IMG/VR virus record: IMGVR_UViG_3300033233_001970
DNA length: 64,000 nucleotides
Direction: 5' to 3' (one strand)
From: a virus
Lineage: Duplodnaviria; Caudoviricetes
Positions within the stretch are counted from its first letter, which is position 1. The number at the start of each line of letters is the position of its first letter. This document shows, one piece after another, positions 1 through 11,360 of this stretch. The notes below the pieces were generated by a model that did not search any database, was not told where the DNA came from, and was given only the letters and a program-made list of their open reading frames with translations. Position numbers and translations under genes: made by a program.

Positions 1-369
1 TCTACGTCGAACATTGGAACATTTACAACGGCGACTACTGGTGCTCGCCAGAGGTATGGTGGCCCGCCTACGAGTTGATCGAGCCAAATCACATAAGCGA
101 CACGCATCTAGGGGCTGACCAATGCCGTTGCCTGACAACTGGTGGACAACAAATCTAGAGGATGAGCCTTGCGACGGTTGCGGCGCCAAACCGTCGAAGC
201 ATCGCGGCCACGGATCGTACACGTGCAAGGCGGCTTTGCCTATTAGTTCTCGGTCGATGACCAATCACAAGGCAGCGTTCGATCCTGCCTTTTGATTGAA
301 CTGTGATTCGCATGATTGATCACGGTTGCCACACGCTTCAGCGTGGGGTACACGATGGTTATCCCAATC

Positions 370-843
370 ATGCGAAAAGAACCCATCACGTTTATCATGC
401 CGAGCGGCGGCACCGCCGTCCTCCCCAGCATCGACGCGCTCCTCGAACTCGAAGATGCGCTCGTTGAGCGGCAAGGCCGTCGCGCACGCCGCGATGCCCA
501 TCAAGCCACCCGCGACGCGAACGGCGCGACGGTGTCGCCGATCGTCAACACCGCGCCGGACGCCGCCTGGACGATGTTCTGCGGCTTGCTGGCCGGCGAC
601 AAGCGCAAACCGCAGCGCAAGCTCTTGGCGGTGGTGCGCGCGAAGAAGAAGTGCACGCTCGACGAGTTGATGCCGCTCTTCGACACGAAGAAGGGCCAGG
701 CGGTCGGCGGGCGCATCTCCGGCGTCTCGAAGAACGCCGACAAGGCCGGCTTTCCGAAGAATGCCGTTTTGATCTTGAACAAAGTCGAGCGCACGGTTTC
801 CGCTGGTCCCGCTCTTCTCGCGAACGACCCGCCCGCTCCGTGA
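370..843 (+). CDS. hypothetical protein
   Basis: Open ORF with host-like codon usage; start chosen at MRKEPITF; no recognised motif. Confidence 0.55.
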   Translation: MRKEPITFIMPSGGTAVLPSIDALLELEDALVERQGRRARRDAHQATRDANGATVSPIVNTAPDAAWTMFCGLLAGDKRKPQRKLLAVVRAKKKCTLDELMPLFDTKKGQAVGGRISGVSKNADKAGFPKNAVLILNKVERTVSAGPALLANDPPAP

Positions 844-1169
844 CTCTCGCAAGGTGCCGATCATGACGACAAAATAGGCAACGCCCAGCCAGTTCACCGA
901 TTTCCCAATCATGCTCTGGCTGAGCGTGGTCCGGCCGGTTTGCACCGTGTAGGACGTGCGGAGTATCCGCCGCGCGTTCCATCGGTGCAAGCCTTTTTCT
1001 AGGTCAAAACGCACAGATTGGAAAAAGCGCATGGATATCTCCATCTTGCGCGCGCTCGATTTCCGCTGTCCGCTCACCGAGCTGCTCCGCTTGTGGTGGG
1101 TGACGGACGGCACGTCGAACGCGTAGGACATGAAGACCGAGGTCGAGGGCCGGTACCGGGTATCGGCCC

Positions 1170-1367
1170 TCACTTCTTCGCCTCCGAGCGTCTCGGGCGG
1201 TCCCAATAGGGGCTCTTGCACGACCCGCAGACGCGCGGACGGTCTTCTGGCTTCGGTTCCTTCGGCTTCTTGCCGGCCTCGGGCTGGACGAAGCCACGCG
1301 GCACCCACTCGTGGCCACAGCGTGAACATCGGTAGCCCCAAATCTTGATCTCGACGAGCGTAGTCAT
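1170..1367 (-). CDS. small zinc-ribbon protein divergent from the transposase
   Basis: CSRCGHEWVPR...VCGSCKSPYW, two CxxC pairs. Confidence 0.7.
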   Translation of the reverse strand: MTTLVEIKIWGYRCSRCGHEWVPRGFVQPEAGKKPKEPKPEDRPRVCGSCKSPYWDRPRRSEAKK

Positions 1368-1400
1368 CTACTGGGCGCACGATACGTTGGCGCACGCTCC

Positions 1401-1429
1401 TTGACAAGTATGTACCTAGCCAGTATATA
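1401..1429 (+). promoter_or_regulatory. sigma70-like promoter of the transposase, probably leaderless
   Basis: TTGACA 1401-1406, 17 nt spacer, TATATA 1424-1429, ATG at 1437. Confidence 0.5.
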
Positions 1430-1436
1430 CATTGGC

Positions 1437-2675
1437 ATGGAGCAAGCCATCCTCGATCCGCGCCAAGCAAGAGGGCTCGCGCTCGCGAAAAACGCGAAGA
1501 TCAAGAAGCTCACGAGCCGTTTTTGGCTCGTTCCTTCGCAAACGTCGAAGGAGAAGTACGTGGTCGATCCCGAGAAGGGCACGTGCAGTTGTCCAGATCA
1601 CGAGACGCGACAGGTGAAGTGCAAGCACCAGTGGGCTCTCGAATACGCGCGGCACGAAGTGACCGCGCCCGATGGATCGACGGTCGTGTCAGAAACCTTG
1701 CGCATCACTTACGCTCAGGATTGGCCGCGCTACAACGCGGCTCAGCAGAACGAGAAGGCGGAAGTCGAGAAGCTTCTCCGCGCGCTCTGCGAAGGCGTTT
1801 CTACGCCCGCGCAAAAAGGGCCTGGACGCCGCTATTTGCCGCTTTCCGACGTCGTTTTCGGCATGACGATGAAGGTCTACACGACCGTCTCGGGCCGGCG
1901 GGCGACGACGGACATTCGCGAGTGCGCGGCGAAGAAGTTGATCGACGTGGCGCCGCACTACAACACGCTTTTCGTCGCTATGGAGAAGCCGGAGTTGACG
2001 CCGATCTTGACGGGGCTCGTCGAGGAGTCGGCGTCGCCGCTCGTATCGATCGAGTCGACGTTCGCGCCGGACTCGACCGGCTTCAGCACGAGCAATTTCG
2101 CGCGCTGGTTCGACCACAAATACGGCGGCGACCGGGAGCGCGAGCGCAAAGAGCACACGTGGGTGAAGATGCACGCAATCGTCGGCTGCAAAACCAACGT
2201 CATCACGGGCGTCAAGATCACGAACCCGTTCGGTGTCGACACCGCCGACGCGCGGCACCTCGCTGGGCTCGTCGAGACGACCGCAAAACGGTTCTCGGTC
2301 GACGAGGTCGTGGCGGACAAAGCGTATCTCAGTCGCGAAAATCTCGAGAAAATCGATGAGGTCGGCGCGCGAGCCTTCATCCCGATGAAGGAGAACTCGA
2401 AGGCTGGGCGCCATCCGCTCTGGAACGAGCTTTTTCACTATTACAACTATCGACGGCCCGATTTTCTCGCGCACTACCACGCGCGATCGAACGTCGAGGC
2501 GACGTTTTCGATGATCAAAAGAAAGTTCGGAGATCGCGTTCGCTCGAAACTTTTCGTTGCGCAAGTGAACGAGCTGCTTTGCAAATCGCTTTGCCACAAC
2601 CTCGCCGTACTCGTGCATTCGTTTCACGAACTCGGCGTAGAATCGAAGTTTTGGAAAGACGTGGAACGAACGTGA
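1437..2675 (+). mobile_element. DDE transposase (IS4/IS5-superfamily-like) with N-terminal SWIM zinc finger
   Basis: SWIM CSCPD..CKH; catalytic motifs DSTGF, WVKMH, ADKAY, YHARSNVEATFSMIKRKFG. Confidence 0.9.
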
Positions 2676-2730
2676 ACTACGTCGTTTTTCAATGTGCAAT
2701 GCATGTGCATCACGTTTTCGCGAGCGCAAC

Positions 2731-3004
2731 ATGATTGCGAGCGATCTCACACGTGAAGAACAAGATCACGTGCGCACGGCTTTGCGTTTTCTTCGGACAA
2801 AGTGCGGCGGATGGGCGCCGCTCGCTAAGGCTGTTCGGGATCACGCTTTCGCACGTCGTCGCTGGCCGCGTCGTAAGCCCAACGCTCGCGTTCCGCGTGG
2901 CGCGATTCGTGGACGTGCCGTTCGATGACCTCGTGTCCGGAAAGTATCCCGCTCCGGGCGCGTGCCCGATGTGCGGTCACGTAAAGGAGGAGGTGTCGCC
3001 GTGA
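2731..3004 (+). pseudogene. frameshifted XRE-like HTH protein with C-terminal CPxC
   Basis: MIASDLTREEQDHVRTALRFLRTKCGGWAPLAKAV continues in another frame as ITLSHVVAGRVVSPTLAFRVARF..CPMCGH; shift near 2838. Confidence 0.65.
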
Positions 3005-3237
3005 GTCTTCGGCTCGTGAAGCCGATCCCGCCCGAGCCGGTCTTTCCGAAGCTCGCAAAGCGGCTCGTCTTCCCGTTGATCGCCGTCACCGGCGGCAAGA
3101 GCCGGATGGCCGTCGTCGGGCGTGTGCACCGAAGAATCAACGTCGAGCGCGAGCTGTACTTGCTGACGCTCGACACGGCGAAGGAGCGCGGCATCTGTCC
3201 CGATCCCAGCAACGACAACGCAGCGCTCTACACATGA
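3001..3237 (+). CDS. hypothetical protein
   Basis: GTG start overlapping the previous stop, upstream GGAGG. Confidence 0.5.
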   Translation: MSLRLVKPIPPEPVFPKLAKRLVFPLIAVTGGKSRMAVVGRVHRRINVERELYLLTLDTAKERGICPDPSNDNAALYT

Positions 3238-3479
3238 TCGCGATGCGCTCGCTTCGGTGCCACAAACTTCACAACAAGCTCGATCCCGAGCCCGGCCGCG
3301 ATGCGCATGAGCGTGTCGATGGTCACGTTCTTCGTGCCGCGCTCGATCTTGGCGAGGTTCGTCGGATCCATGCGGATGCGCTTCGCGAGCTGCACCTGGG
3401 AGACCTGCATCGCGTCGCGCGTCGACCGCAACTGCTTTCCGATCGCGATCAGCGCTTCTTTGGTCCCGTCGTCGGCCAC
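3228..3479 (-). CDS. XRE-family HTH transcriptional regulator
   Basis: IGKQLRSTR..VSQVQLAKRI..TNLAKIERGTKNVTIDTLMRIAAGL. Confidence 0.88.
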   Translation of the reverse strand: MADDGTKEALIAIGKQLRSTRDAMQVSQVQLAKRIRMDPTNLAKIERGTKNVTIDTLMRIAAGLGIELVVKFVAPKRAHRDHV

Positions 3480-3560
3480 GCCGACACGAGACCCATTGCG
3501 CGGCGCTGTCGAAATGGTCTTATAGGACCATCCATCGGTGGACCTTTCGGGGAGGTTTTC

Positions 3561-4334
3561 ATGCGTCGAATTGTTGCTCTGCTCTCGCTTGCTGTTGCTT
3601 CCGTCGCGTGCTCGTCGTCGTCATCGCCAGGCGGCGGAGAGGTCGACAGCGGCACGCAGGACAGCGGAAGCGGAAACGACAGCGGGACATCGTTGACGCC
3701 GGACACGTTCGTGGCGCAGTTGCCGGCCGCGTACTGCTCCGTCTACTTCCGGTGTTGCAAGACGACGGAGATCCCGCACGTCGGGATCCTCTCCGCGAAC
3801 AACATCACGACGCAGGCGCAGTGCACGGCATCGAGCGCCGTCGCGAGCGCGCTCCGCTTCCAGTGCTTGCCCGCCGAGGTGAATCAGTATCACGCGATGA
3901 CCTTCGACGCGCAGAAGGCGGCGGCGTGCCTCAGTGATATCCAGAACGCTCCGTGCGGCGGCGGGTTGGTCACGGAGCTTTGGGGCTCGACGAACTGTCA
4001 GGGAGCATTTGTCGGAAGTCTGCCGCTTGGAAGCCAATGCAGCGCGAGCCACTGCACCGTGAACCTAGCGTCGGCGTCCAAACCGAACAGCGAATGCGCG
4101 AGTGGTGACTGCAACAGCTCGGGCGTGTGCGCGAACCCGTCGCCCATCGGCGGAACGTGCTCGACCGACTCCGATTGCGTCTCGGGGTCGTGGTGCAGCT
4201 CGCTCCGCACGTGCACCAAGGCTACGGCGGCCGGCGGCGCCTGCACGCAGTTCGATCAATGCGAATTTCCGCAGGCTTGCTTCACGTCGCCTGGTGGCGG
4301 GAACGCCTGCGAATTGGTTTGTACCGGACCATGA
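3561..4334 (+). CDS. Cys-rich myxobacterial-type lipoprotein
   Basis: Lipobox ASVAC, DSG-rich linker, AYCSVYFRCC, FDAQKAAACL, repeated G..C..D.DC modules; GGAGG RBS. Confidence 0.85.
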   Translation: MRRIVALLSLAVASVACSSSSSPGGGEVDSGTQDSGSGNDSGTSLTPDTFVAQLPAAYCSVYFRCCKTTEIPHVGILSANNITTQAQCTASSAVASALRFQCLPAEVNQYHAMTFDAQKAAACLSDIQNAPCGGGLVTELWGSTNCQGAFVGSLPLGSQCSASHCTVNLASASKPNSECASGDCNSSGVCANPSPIGGTCSTDSDCVSGSWCSSLRTCTKATAAGGACTQFDQCEFPQACFTSPGGGNACELVCTGP

Positions 4335-4597
4335 AGTTCGACCTCGCAACGCTCCTGCTCTGCGCGTTGATGGCCTGCACGACCGCCGTCTTCGGATGCG
4401 ACGCGTTCGGTCTCGAAAAATCGTCGCTGAAAACGCGTAGCGCGAACGACCTGAAGTGCGACGCGAGCAAGCTTGACGTGAAAGAAATCGGCAACCATTC
4501 GTGGACGGTCGCCGGCTGCGGCCAGACGGGAAACTACACGTGCATTCGCGGCGAAGGCATCGGCGAAAGCCAGTGGTCGTGCATGAAGGAAAAATGA
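4331..4597 (+). CDS. small lipoprotein
   Basis: Signal peptide with Cys; RSANDLKC..VAGCGQTGNYTC pattern. Confidence 0.75.
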   Translation: MKFDLATLLLCALMACTTAVFGCDAFGLEKSSLKTRSANDLKCDASKLDVKEIGNHSWTVAGCGQTGNYTCIRGEGIGESQWSCMKEK

Positions 4598-4632
4598 GCT
4601 GACGACTCGCGAGCGTCGCTACCATCAACCGC

Positions 4633-4932
4633 ATGGGGCTCCGCGCATACCAGACCTGGCTCGCGATCACGTACATCGTCTTCGGTGGCGCGCTTCTGCT
4701 CGCCGCCTTCTTCATCTCGATCGGATCGAGCGGCGAGCCGTTCGTGGTGCTCGCCGAATGGATGACGATCGGGCTCGGGCTCATGCTCCTACTGGCCGGC
4801 TTCATCGGCGTCGGCGCCGCGATGGCCGGAACGAGCACGGCGAAATGCATTCACTGCGGCAAAGACGCTCGCGTGCACATCGGCTTCTTCAGCGGAAGGC
4901 CCGAGCTGCGACGAAGCGACGCAGGGAGCTGA
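4633..4932 (+). CDS. two-TM membrane protein with C-terminal CxxC
   Basis: Two hydrophobic segments, then CIHCG. Confidence 0.65.
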   Translation: MGLRAYQTWLAITYIVFGGALLLAAFFISIGSSGEPFVVLAEWMTIGLGLMLLLAGFIGVGAAMAGTSTAKCIHCGKDARVHIGFFSGRPELRRSDAGS

Positions 4933-5297
4933 CGCTCGACGATTTGCACTACGTCTGCACTACAACGACCTCTGGAAGAGGCCGGATTCATTGAATGATT
5001 TTAGCTATTTCCATTCGCTGCGAAGCGATGGATAATTCGAGCAGGAGATCATCATGATGAAAAGCAACGTCGGTGCGCAACTCAACCCGCAGCTCTCGCC
5101 GAAGAGCGCCGGGCTTGGCGGCTGTGGCAGCGGCATACCGAAATCATCGGTCAGATACTTGGGCGCCGCGTCGTCGAAGACCTTGTGCACAACTCCGGGC
5201 GAGGAGGAACGTTCGACGATCTCTTCATTCAGGACTTGGCTGTCGCGTGCATGAATTACTACGTCCGAAAAGGGTTACCGCAACGGCGTGAAGACTC

Positions 5298-5972
5298 ATG
5301 AAAATCGACGGTCCCTCAAGAATCCACGATGTGATCGCGTCCTTGCCTGAGTCGATGGATCGTCGAGACGTCTTCTACCTCGTGCACATGGACGCCAAAG
5401 GCACGTACATGGGCGTCAGCGAGCTTTCGCGCGGTCGCGCGCCCACACCGAAAGAAGTTGTGGACGCTGCTGAAGCCGGAGGCGGAGATCTCTTCGTCAT
5501 CGCACGCAACAAACCGGCGTCGTTCGATTCGAGCCCTACGAATGCCGATGCGAGCCTTGTCCGAAAGCTCGCGGGCACGCTTCCGGTCGACGTAAAGCTC
5601 GCCGACTACGTCATCGTCGGCGGCGATACGTCGTTTTCATTTCGACGCGATGGTCCAGACAATGAGAACCCTCGCTCTTCGTCAGAAGAAAGTTTTCTCA
5701 AATGGACGCGATTATCGTCGGATTATTGGAGTGCTGCCGGTAAAGATCTCGGTGCCGACAAGCCGTACGAAATCGTGTACCAACTGCATCGCGAAAACGG
5801 CGCCATCAGAATCACGCATTCTTCAAAGGGAGAAAGCGAGAGTCATGTCGTGACGCTCAGCGGATTGGATTCTCCGATCACGATGGAAGATGCGAAGCAA
5901 TGGGTGGAGCGACATCACGCGAAGTTGATTCGCACGTTCGTGACGAAGGGCGGGCATAGGTTCGAGCCATGA
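5298..5972 (+). CDS. RadC/JAB-domain protein with degenerate metal site and C-terminal extension
   Basis: FYLVHMD..SELSRG..PKEV..IARNKPA..PTNAD..LADYVIVG..FSFR; HNHPS replaced by RNKPA. Confidence 0.7.
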   Translation: MKIDGPSRIHDVIASLPESMDRRDVFYLVHMDAKGTYMGVSELSRGRAPTPKEVVDAAEAGGGDLFVIARNKPASFDSSPTNADASLVRKLAGTLPVDVKLADYVIVGGDTSFSFRRDGPDNENPRSSSEESFLKWTRLSSDYWSAAGKDLGADKPYEIVYQLHRENGAIRITHSSKGESESHVVTLSGLDSPITMEDAKQWVERHHAKLIRTFVTKGGHRFEP

Positions 5973-6232
5973 TTAGCGACACGCCCTGTCCTCGCTGCGG
6001 TTGCTTCATTGTCAAGAAGTTTGAGTGCGGATGCGGCGCGGTACACAGCGACTACTGCAACAACTGCGGACGCTGGACGACGCTTCTGCCGACGGAATAC
6101 GCGGCCCTCGGCGACATCGACGCTCGTTGCGAAGCCGGTCGTGTGCCACACGAGCATTCTTCAGAGGAGAAGACAGCTCGCATCGCAGCGCATATCGCCC
6201 GTCTTCGGCGTGAACATCAGGTAGGGAATTGA
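5969..6232 (+). CDS. zinc-finger hypothetical protein
   Basis: CPRC, CGCG, CNNC; overlaps the previous stop. Confidence 0.6.
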   Translation: MISDTPCPRCGCFIVKKFECGCGAVHSDYCNNCGRWTTLLPTEYAALGDIDARCEAGRVPHEHSSEEKTARIAAHIARLRREHQVGN

Positions 6233-6444
6233 TGGGCAAGTCACAGAATCAAAAGGCAAAGCGACTCTAAAAGGCAAAGCCGTGCAAGGCTTGCTACGAC
6301 GCCTCGTGGTGTCCAGAATGCCAGTACCCGCTTCGCACACGTGATGGCACAGGACACGTGTGCCCCTCACTCGAGCAGCGCGCGAAGGACGAGAAGGAAA
6401 TGAGAAAAATGTTCACGGAAATCGGGATGGAGTATCCCGAATGA
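6232..6444 (+). pseudogene. zinc-finger ORF with in-frame TAA at 6268-6270
   Basis: MGKSQNQKAKRL*KAKPCKACYDASWCPECQ in a single frame. Confidence 0.55.
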
Positions 6445-8565
6445 TTCGCGCATGGTGCGCAGCGCTCAACTATCTAGGCGGATTTGGCGTCGGTTTTCTC
6501 ATCATCGTCGCACTGCCGATGACAGCGCTTGCGCTCGCGAACCGTGCGTCCTGGTTTCGGCCGAACCGGATAGAAAGATTTTTCGATGAAACACGCAGAA
6601 GCGATGACGGGTGGTTTCGGCTCGATTGCCGAAGATTTGAAAACTGAGAAAACGAAGTACGACATGGCCGTGACGGTAACGCTCGTTTTCAGCGACGAGT
6701 CGCACCGCGAAGCCTGGCTCGAGATGCAGGGGATCGTTCCTGACGTCGAGGTGCCGCCGAAGAACAAGGACGGCGAAATCGAGCTCCCAGAAGATCGTGA
6801 TTTGCGTCGAAAGATCACGAAGCGCATCGACTACAACAGGCGCCAACACGGGCCGGATCTTTCGTATCTTGTTGGTCCGCTTGGCGGGTCGAATCCGAGG
6901 CGTATCCCGTAAGGACAACGATCGCCCAATGAATCGCGCGGCTTCGAGGACGTATGATCTTCACGTGTAAAATTTGCGGACGCGAGCACGAGGGAGTGAG
7001 CAATATGTCCCCTGGCGTCGCTTCGGAAGAAACTGAGAAACTCAGAAACGCGTGGCTTATAGCGGAAGAGAAGTACGAAAAATCATCGAACGAGCACACG
7101 GAGAAGCTTCGCGACAAGGCATGGTTCGCGTATATGGCGACGAAGTCTTCCGGAGTCGAAAAACTTCCCGACACGATCACGACCAAAAATGGCAGCGACG
7201 GTTACTATCTCACGTGCGCGGAGGGTCACGAATGAAACCCCAACTCACGCCCCAGCAACAAGAGGTCTATGATCGATTTGCGGAAGTCGTCGACGTACTC
7301 CTCCGAATGCCGTCGGATGATGTGGAAGCCGTCGAGTCGAGCCTCACCGCGCGCTACGTGACGCACAAACACGATTTCGATGTCATCGAGGGGATGCGTT
7401 GGATGCTGGCCGAGCTTCGCCGCGTCGAGGACTGGCCCTACGAGACGTACGGACGCGGACGCGATGACGAGTCGATTTGGGATCGTACAGTTCATGAAGC
7501 GATGTGGGAAAACAAGTTGAAGCGAAGCGCGTGAAACACGGAGGCGCACATGACAGACGAATGGATGCGCGTAGGTGATGTTGTCCGGCACAAAGGTTCG
7601 GGTCGTGTAGGCAAGATCGGCCGGTTCGCCCACGACGGAACGACGGATGTTTGGGTTGACGAAACCGGGCCGTACAAGCAAAGTGATTTCGAAATTCTTC
7701 GGCCATCGACTCCAAAACCTGGCGAACCTGGTGGGCCGGAACTAGAAACGCCGGACGCCGACGGGTATACGTGTCATTGCCGAACATTTTCGGAGTGCAC
7801 GCACAAATAGACGGAGCTCATGGCGGAAAATCGATTCGAAGTTTGTCTGCGATGCACGGACGCCCGCTCGTCCGGCGATCTCGAGCGAGCGCCATTCCGA
7901 CGGCTGTCGAAGCCGTACATGCTGGCCCGTGGCACGTACGTGAAGCGCGCTTCGGCGGCGCTCATGACGGTGGATTACCACCAGCTTCCGGAGCTCACGA
8001 AACGAGAAGACCTTCACGTCGGCGACGAGGTCTATATCATGGACATCGTTGGTGAGGTTCGGCTCGCCAAGGTTGACGACGTGAACGGAGATGAGGCGCG
8101 CGCGTCGGACGCAGGAATGGTGTTTTTGTTGGAATTCGGGAGCGCATGGGTCTGCCCGAGCACGGTTCTTCGAGAGGTGTGGGAAGGTTGGCAGAAAGGA
8201 ACAAGACTGCCGTGAGCAACGACACGCAAAAACGAAAGAACGGAAGTCGCTACCTGCATGCGCTCGCGCTTTCGGCAGAAGGTCTCGAGCGCGAAGCGCA
8301 AATCGAATGGCTCCGGCTCGCTCAAGAAGAGCTGCACGAAATCGAAATGCTTCTCGCTTCGAGATCAGGCAGATACGGACTAAAGAAAGAAGAGATGAAG
8401 CCTCAGATCGCCGCGACACTCGCTTCCATCGCGGATATCTTGGGCGCGAAGAACAAAGATACGGTACGCGGCGTCGTAGGTTCGTTTCTCGACAACAGCA
8501 AATAGGTACTTGTACAACTTATACATGGACGCATAACGTGTGACGGAGCGCTCGAGAGAAATATC

Positions 8566-8808
8566 ATGAGCTGGAACTACCGTGTTTTTCGTCATCCCGA
8601 CGAAGACGACCAACAAGTCTTCGGTATCCATGAGGCGTTTTACAACGACGTCGGTGAGGTCGAAGGCTGGACCGAAGATCCGATTCTCGTCAGCGAAAGC
8701 GTCGAAGGTCTCTTGCAGGAGCTCGAGCACCTTCGCGAAAGCGTGAAGAAAGACGTCATCGATGTGCGTCCCGAGGCGGTTACGCTTCCAGGGAAAGAAG
8801 CGAAGTAG
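8566..8808 (+). CDS. conserved phage hypothetical protein
   Basis: MSWNYRV..GIHEAFY..GWTEDP pattern. Confidence 0.75.
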   Translation: MSWNYRVFRHPDEDDQQVFGIHEAFYNDVGEVEGWTEDPILVSESVEGLLQELEHLRESVKKDVIDVRPEAVTLPGKEAK

Positions 8809-9544
8809 TTGTGAACCCGTATCGAGCGATGGCAGAACCGCGCACGTTGGCGCACGCGCCGCCCGCAAGCTTTCTCGATCGTTTGTGGTGGTGGCTTCAC
8901 GGAGGCTCCAAACGACTGCACGCAGCGCGTGTTCGCCGAGAAGGCCACCCAACGGTCGCGATCAGAGTGCTGGTGGGCGCGCGCATACGGCAGCCATGAT
9001 CACGATCGATCTCATTCATCGAGTACCGGATCCGCACGAAAGAAACCGGATGTACGCGAACATCGCAAGAACACTTTCGAGACCAAGGTGACTACCCTCG
9101 ACGAGCTCCTCGTACGTCACTCGGAAACGATGAGGGCGCCCATAGGACACCTGGCCTGTCTCGGTGCCGGTGATTTGCATTTCGCGCCTGTGTCGGATGC
9201 CGATCGAAAAACCATCCGACCGACGTACGGAACGTTGATTGGTTTTTTCTGTCAGGCGCATCGTGGCGCAAGCGGACCGTTCGTGTACTGGCCTGGTAGG
9301 AAATACGAAGAATGAATTGGCGCATCGGGTTGTACGTATACCTGCTCCTCGGCGCAGTGTTCGTGCTCTGGCAGTCACGAACTTGGTGGCGCGAAGCATC
9401 GCGCATCGCGCATGAGTTGAATTGGAACAGCGGGTGGACGACCAAAACTGGCGTCGTCTTCATCGTTCTTGTCTCACTCTATTTTGATGTCGTACTCTGG
9501 CCGCGCTGCGTATGGCGTTGGTACCGCTCTCGAGGAGAGTCGAA

Positions 9545-10000
9545 ATGAAATTCATCATCTACCCGCGCCGCGAAATAGAAACGGTCAAACCGCACGAAGA
9601 GCGGCACCTCATCATCAGTATCCGAACGCCTGGTGATCCAAAAGAAGCCAAACTACCCATCAACGAGCGAACGATGGGCGTACTGCGTCTTCTGTTCGAC
9701 GACATTCCGGATGTGCCGGAAGGCGTAGAGGAAGAGCTCGTCAAACAGCAACGAGATCTTGGCGGTCGCGATCTCTTATTTTTCGACAAAGTCATGGCGC
9801 GCGAAATATTCGATTTCGTTCGGCCTCACAAAGAAACGGTCGGAACGATCATCGTCCATTGCGACGCCGGAGTATCGCGCTCGCCAGCGGTAGCGGCAGG
9901 GATCGCGAAGATGGTGTTCGAACAGAACGACATGGTTTTCTTTGACGAGTATTACCCAAATAGTCGCGTGTACCGTATTTTGACGGCGGACGAGACATGA
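9545..10000 (+). CDS. protein tyrosine/dual-specificity phosphatase
   Basis: IIVHCDAGVSRSPAVA (HCX5R); FDD motif; PNSRVY. Confidence 0.85.
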   Translation: MKFIIYPRREIETVKPHEERHLIISIRTPGDPKEAKLPINERTMGVLRLLFDDIPDVPEGVEEELVKQQRDLGGRDLLFFDKVMAREIFDFVRPHKETVGTIIVHCDAGVSRSPAVAAGIAKMVFEQNDMVFFDEYYPNSRVYRILTADET

Positions 10001-10617
10001 GCGAAATAGAAGAACTGCGAATCAAGCTAGCCGAAGCTCAAGAGCTGATTGACGCAGTCACGTCCGACGCTCCTGACGCGAGCATGAATGCAGCGCAGAA
10101 AAGATTCCGCATACGCGTGATCGATGTCATGGATAAGCAGTTTGGCCTCAGAGGTAGAATTGCGCTCGCCGATGAAGAAGAATTAACGGATTCTTTTCAC
10201 GCGTCGATCGATGAGGGACATGACGAGGAAGACGAGAAAATGAGCCTCGGCGGGATTCGGCCGATCGAAGGCGTCAATAAATCCGACAAGCTTCAGCGCG
10301 TCATCAATTCGATTCCGCAGCCCTTGTGGGACGAATGGAACGATCGTGACTCCACAAGGGAGTTTTTGCCTTTTACGGATGGCATCATGGATCGGCTCGC
10401 TGGCGAACGTCTTGATGATGAAGATTGGTACGCGCTCGGCGTAACTCACGGTCGTAGCGGAAAACCGATTATGTATGCTGTCGATCCAGGAAAAGAATAC
10501 GGTCCAGACATGATATTTTTCTGGGTGGGCGACGAATCGGAAGCCGAGGAAAGAGCTAAAAAGGGCATAGAAGCGATCATCCGCAAGAGAACAAACGATC
10601 CAAGAAGGCCAGTTTGA
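9997..10617 (+). CDS. acidic hypothetical protein
   Basis: 206 aa ORF translationally coupled to its neighbours. Confidence 0.65.
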   Translation: MSEIEELRIKLAEAQELIDAVTSDAPDASMNAAQKRFRIRVIDVMDKQFGLRGRIALADEEELTDSFHASIDEGHDEEDEKMSLGGIRPIEGVNKSDKLQRVINSIPQPLWDEWNDRDSTREFLPFTDGIMDRLAGERLDDEDWYALGVTHGRSGKPIMYAVDPGKEYGPDMIFFWVGDESEAEERAKKGIEAIIRKRTNDPRRPV

Positions 10618-11360
10618 ATGCGTAATTCATCGAAACTTAATCACATTTCCAAATCCATCGGCTCCGAACGACGAGGCCGCGTTCAAGTGAGAGACGGCTA
10701 CTTCGGCGCCACAGAGACGGCGCGCAACCAACAGCCCGATCCATCCAAGGCCAAGTTCCGCGATCTCGGACGCGATCTTGGTCGGCGCGCGCGCGAGGTT
10801 GCTCAGCAGCTCGACGAAGCGACCGACGAACTGAACGAGAGTCTTCGCAAAGCAGAGACGCTCTTTGTCGAAAAGCTCGGCGCAAACGCCCGTGGACGCA
10901 CCTCCCTCTGCAAAAACGAAGACGGCTGGATCGAGCACTTCGTTTTTCGTGACGGAAAATTCAGGTTCGAAAACGGATGGCCAGGAGAGGCGCTAAGCAG
11001 CGTTCCGCTCCTCAGCGCGAGTCGCGAGATTCGTACGCTTGCAGGAGGCCGAGTTCGAGATCTCTGGGAAGCGTGCGGCGGAATGAAGGGGGAGCTTGAA
11101 CCATGAAAATCAACGTGCGAAGAGTCAACGGTTCGCTACGTCTCGAGCTCGACGCGGAGACGGTATCGGAGGCGGCAGGGCTCAGCAAATTCATCGACGC
11201 ACTCAACGGCGGAACGATCAAGGAAGACGAAGACAACATCGCGTTCGATCGCGCGCTTCGAGTGGAGAGTGTCGGCATCGGCATCGAAGCCTTAAACTCG
11301 ATCGCCATCGAAACAGCACACGGATGGCCGTTCAAAGATGTGCCGTAGAAAAGAACTCAC

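Noticed and set aside
5010-5033. GNRA-capped hairpin as a terminator
   Set aside because: The stem is plausible but there is no clear U-tract on either strand
250-5290. Terminal inverted repeats or att sites for the transposon or prophage
   Set aside because: No convincing inverted or direct repeat pair found by eye; no integrase in the window
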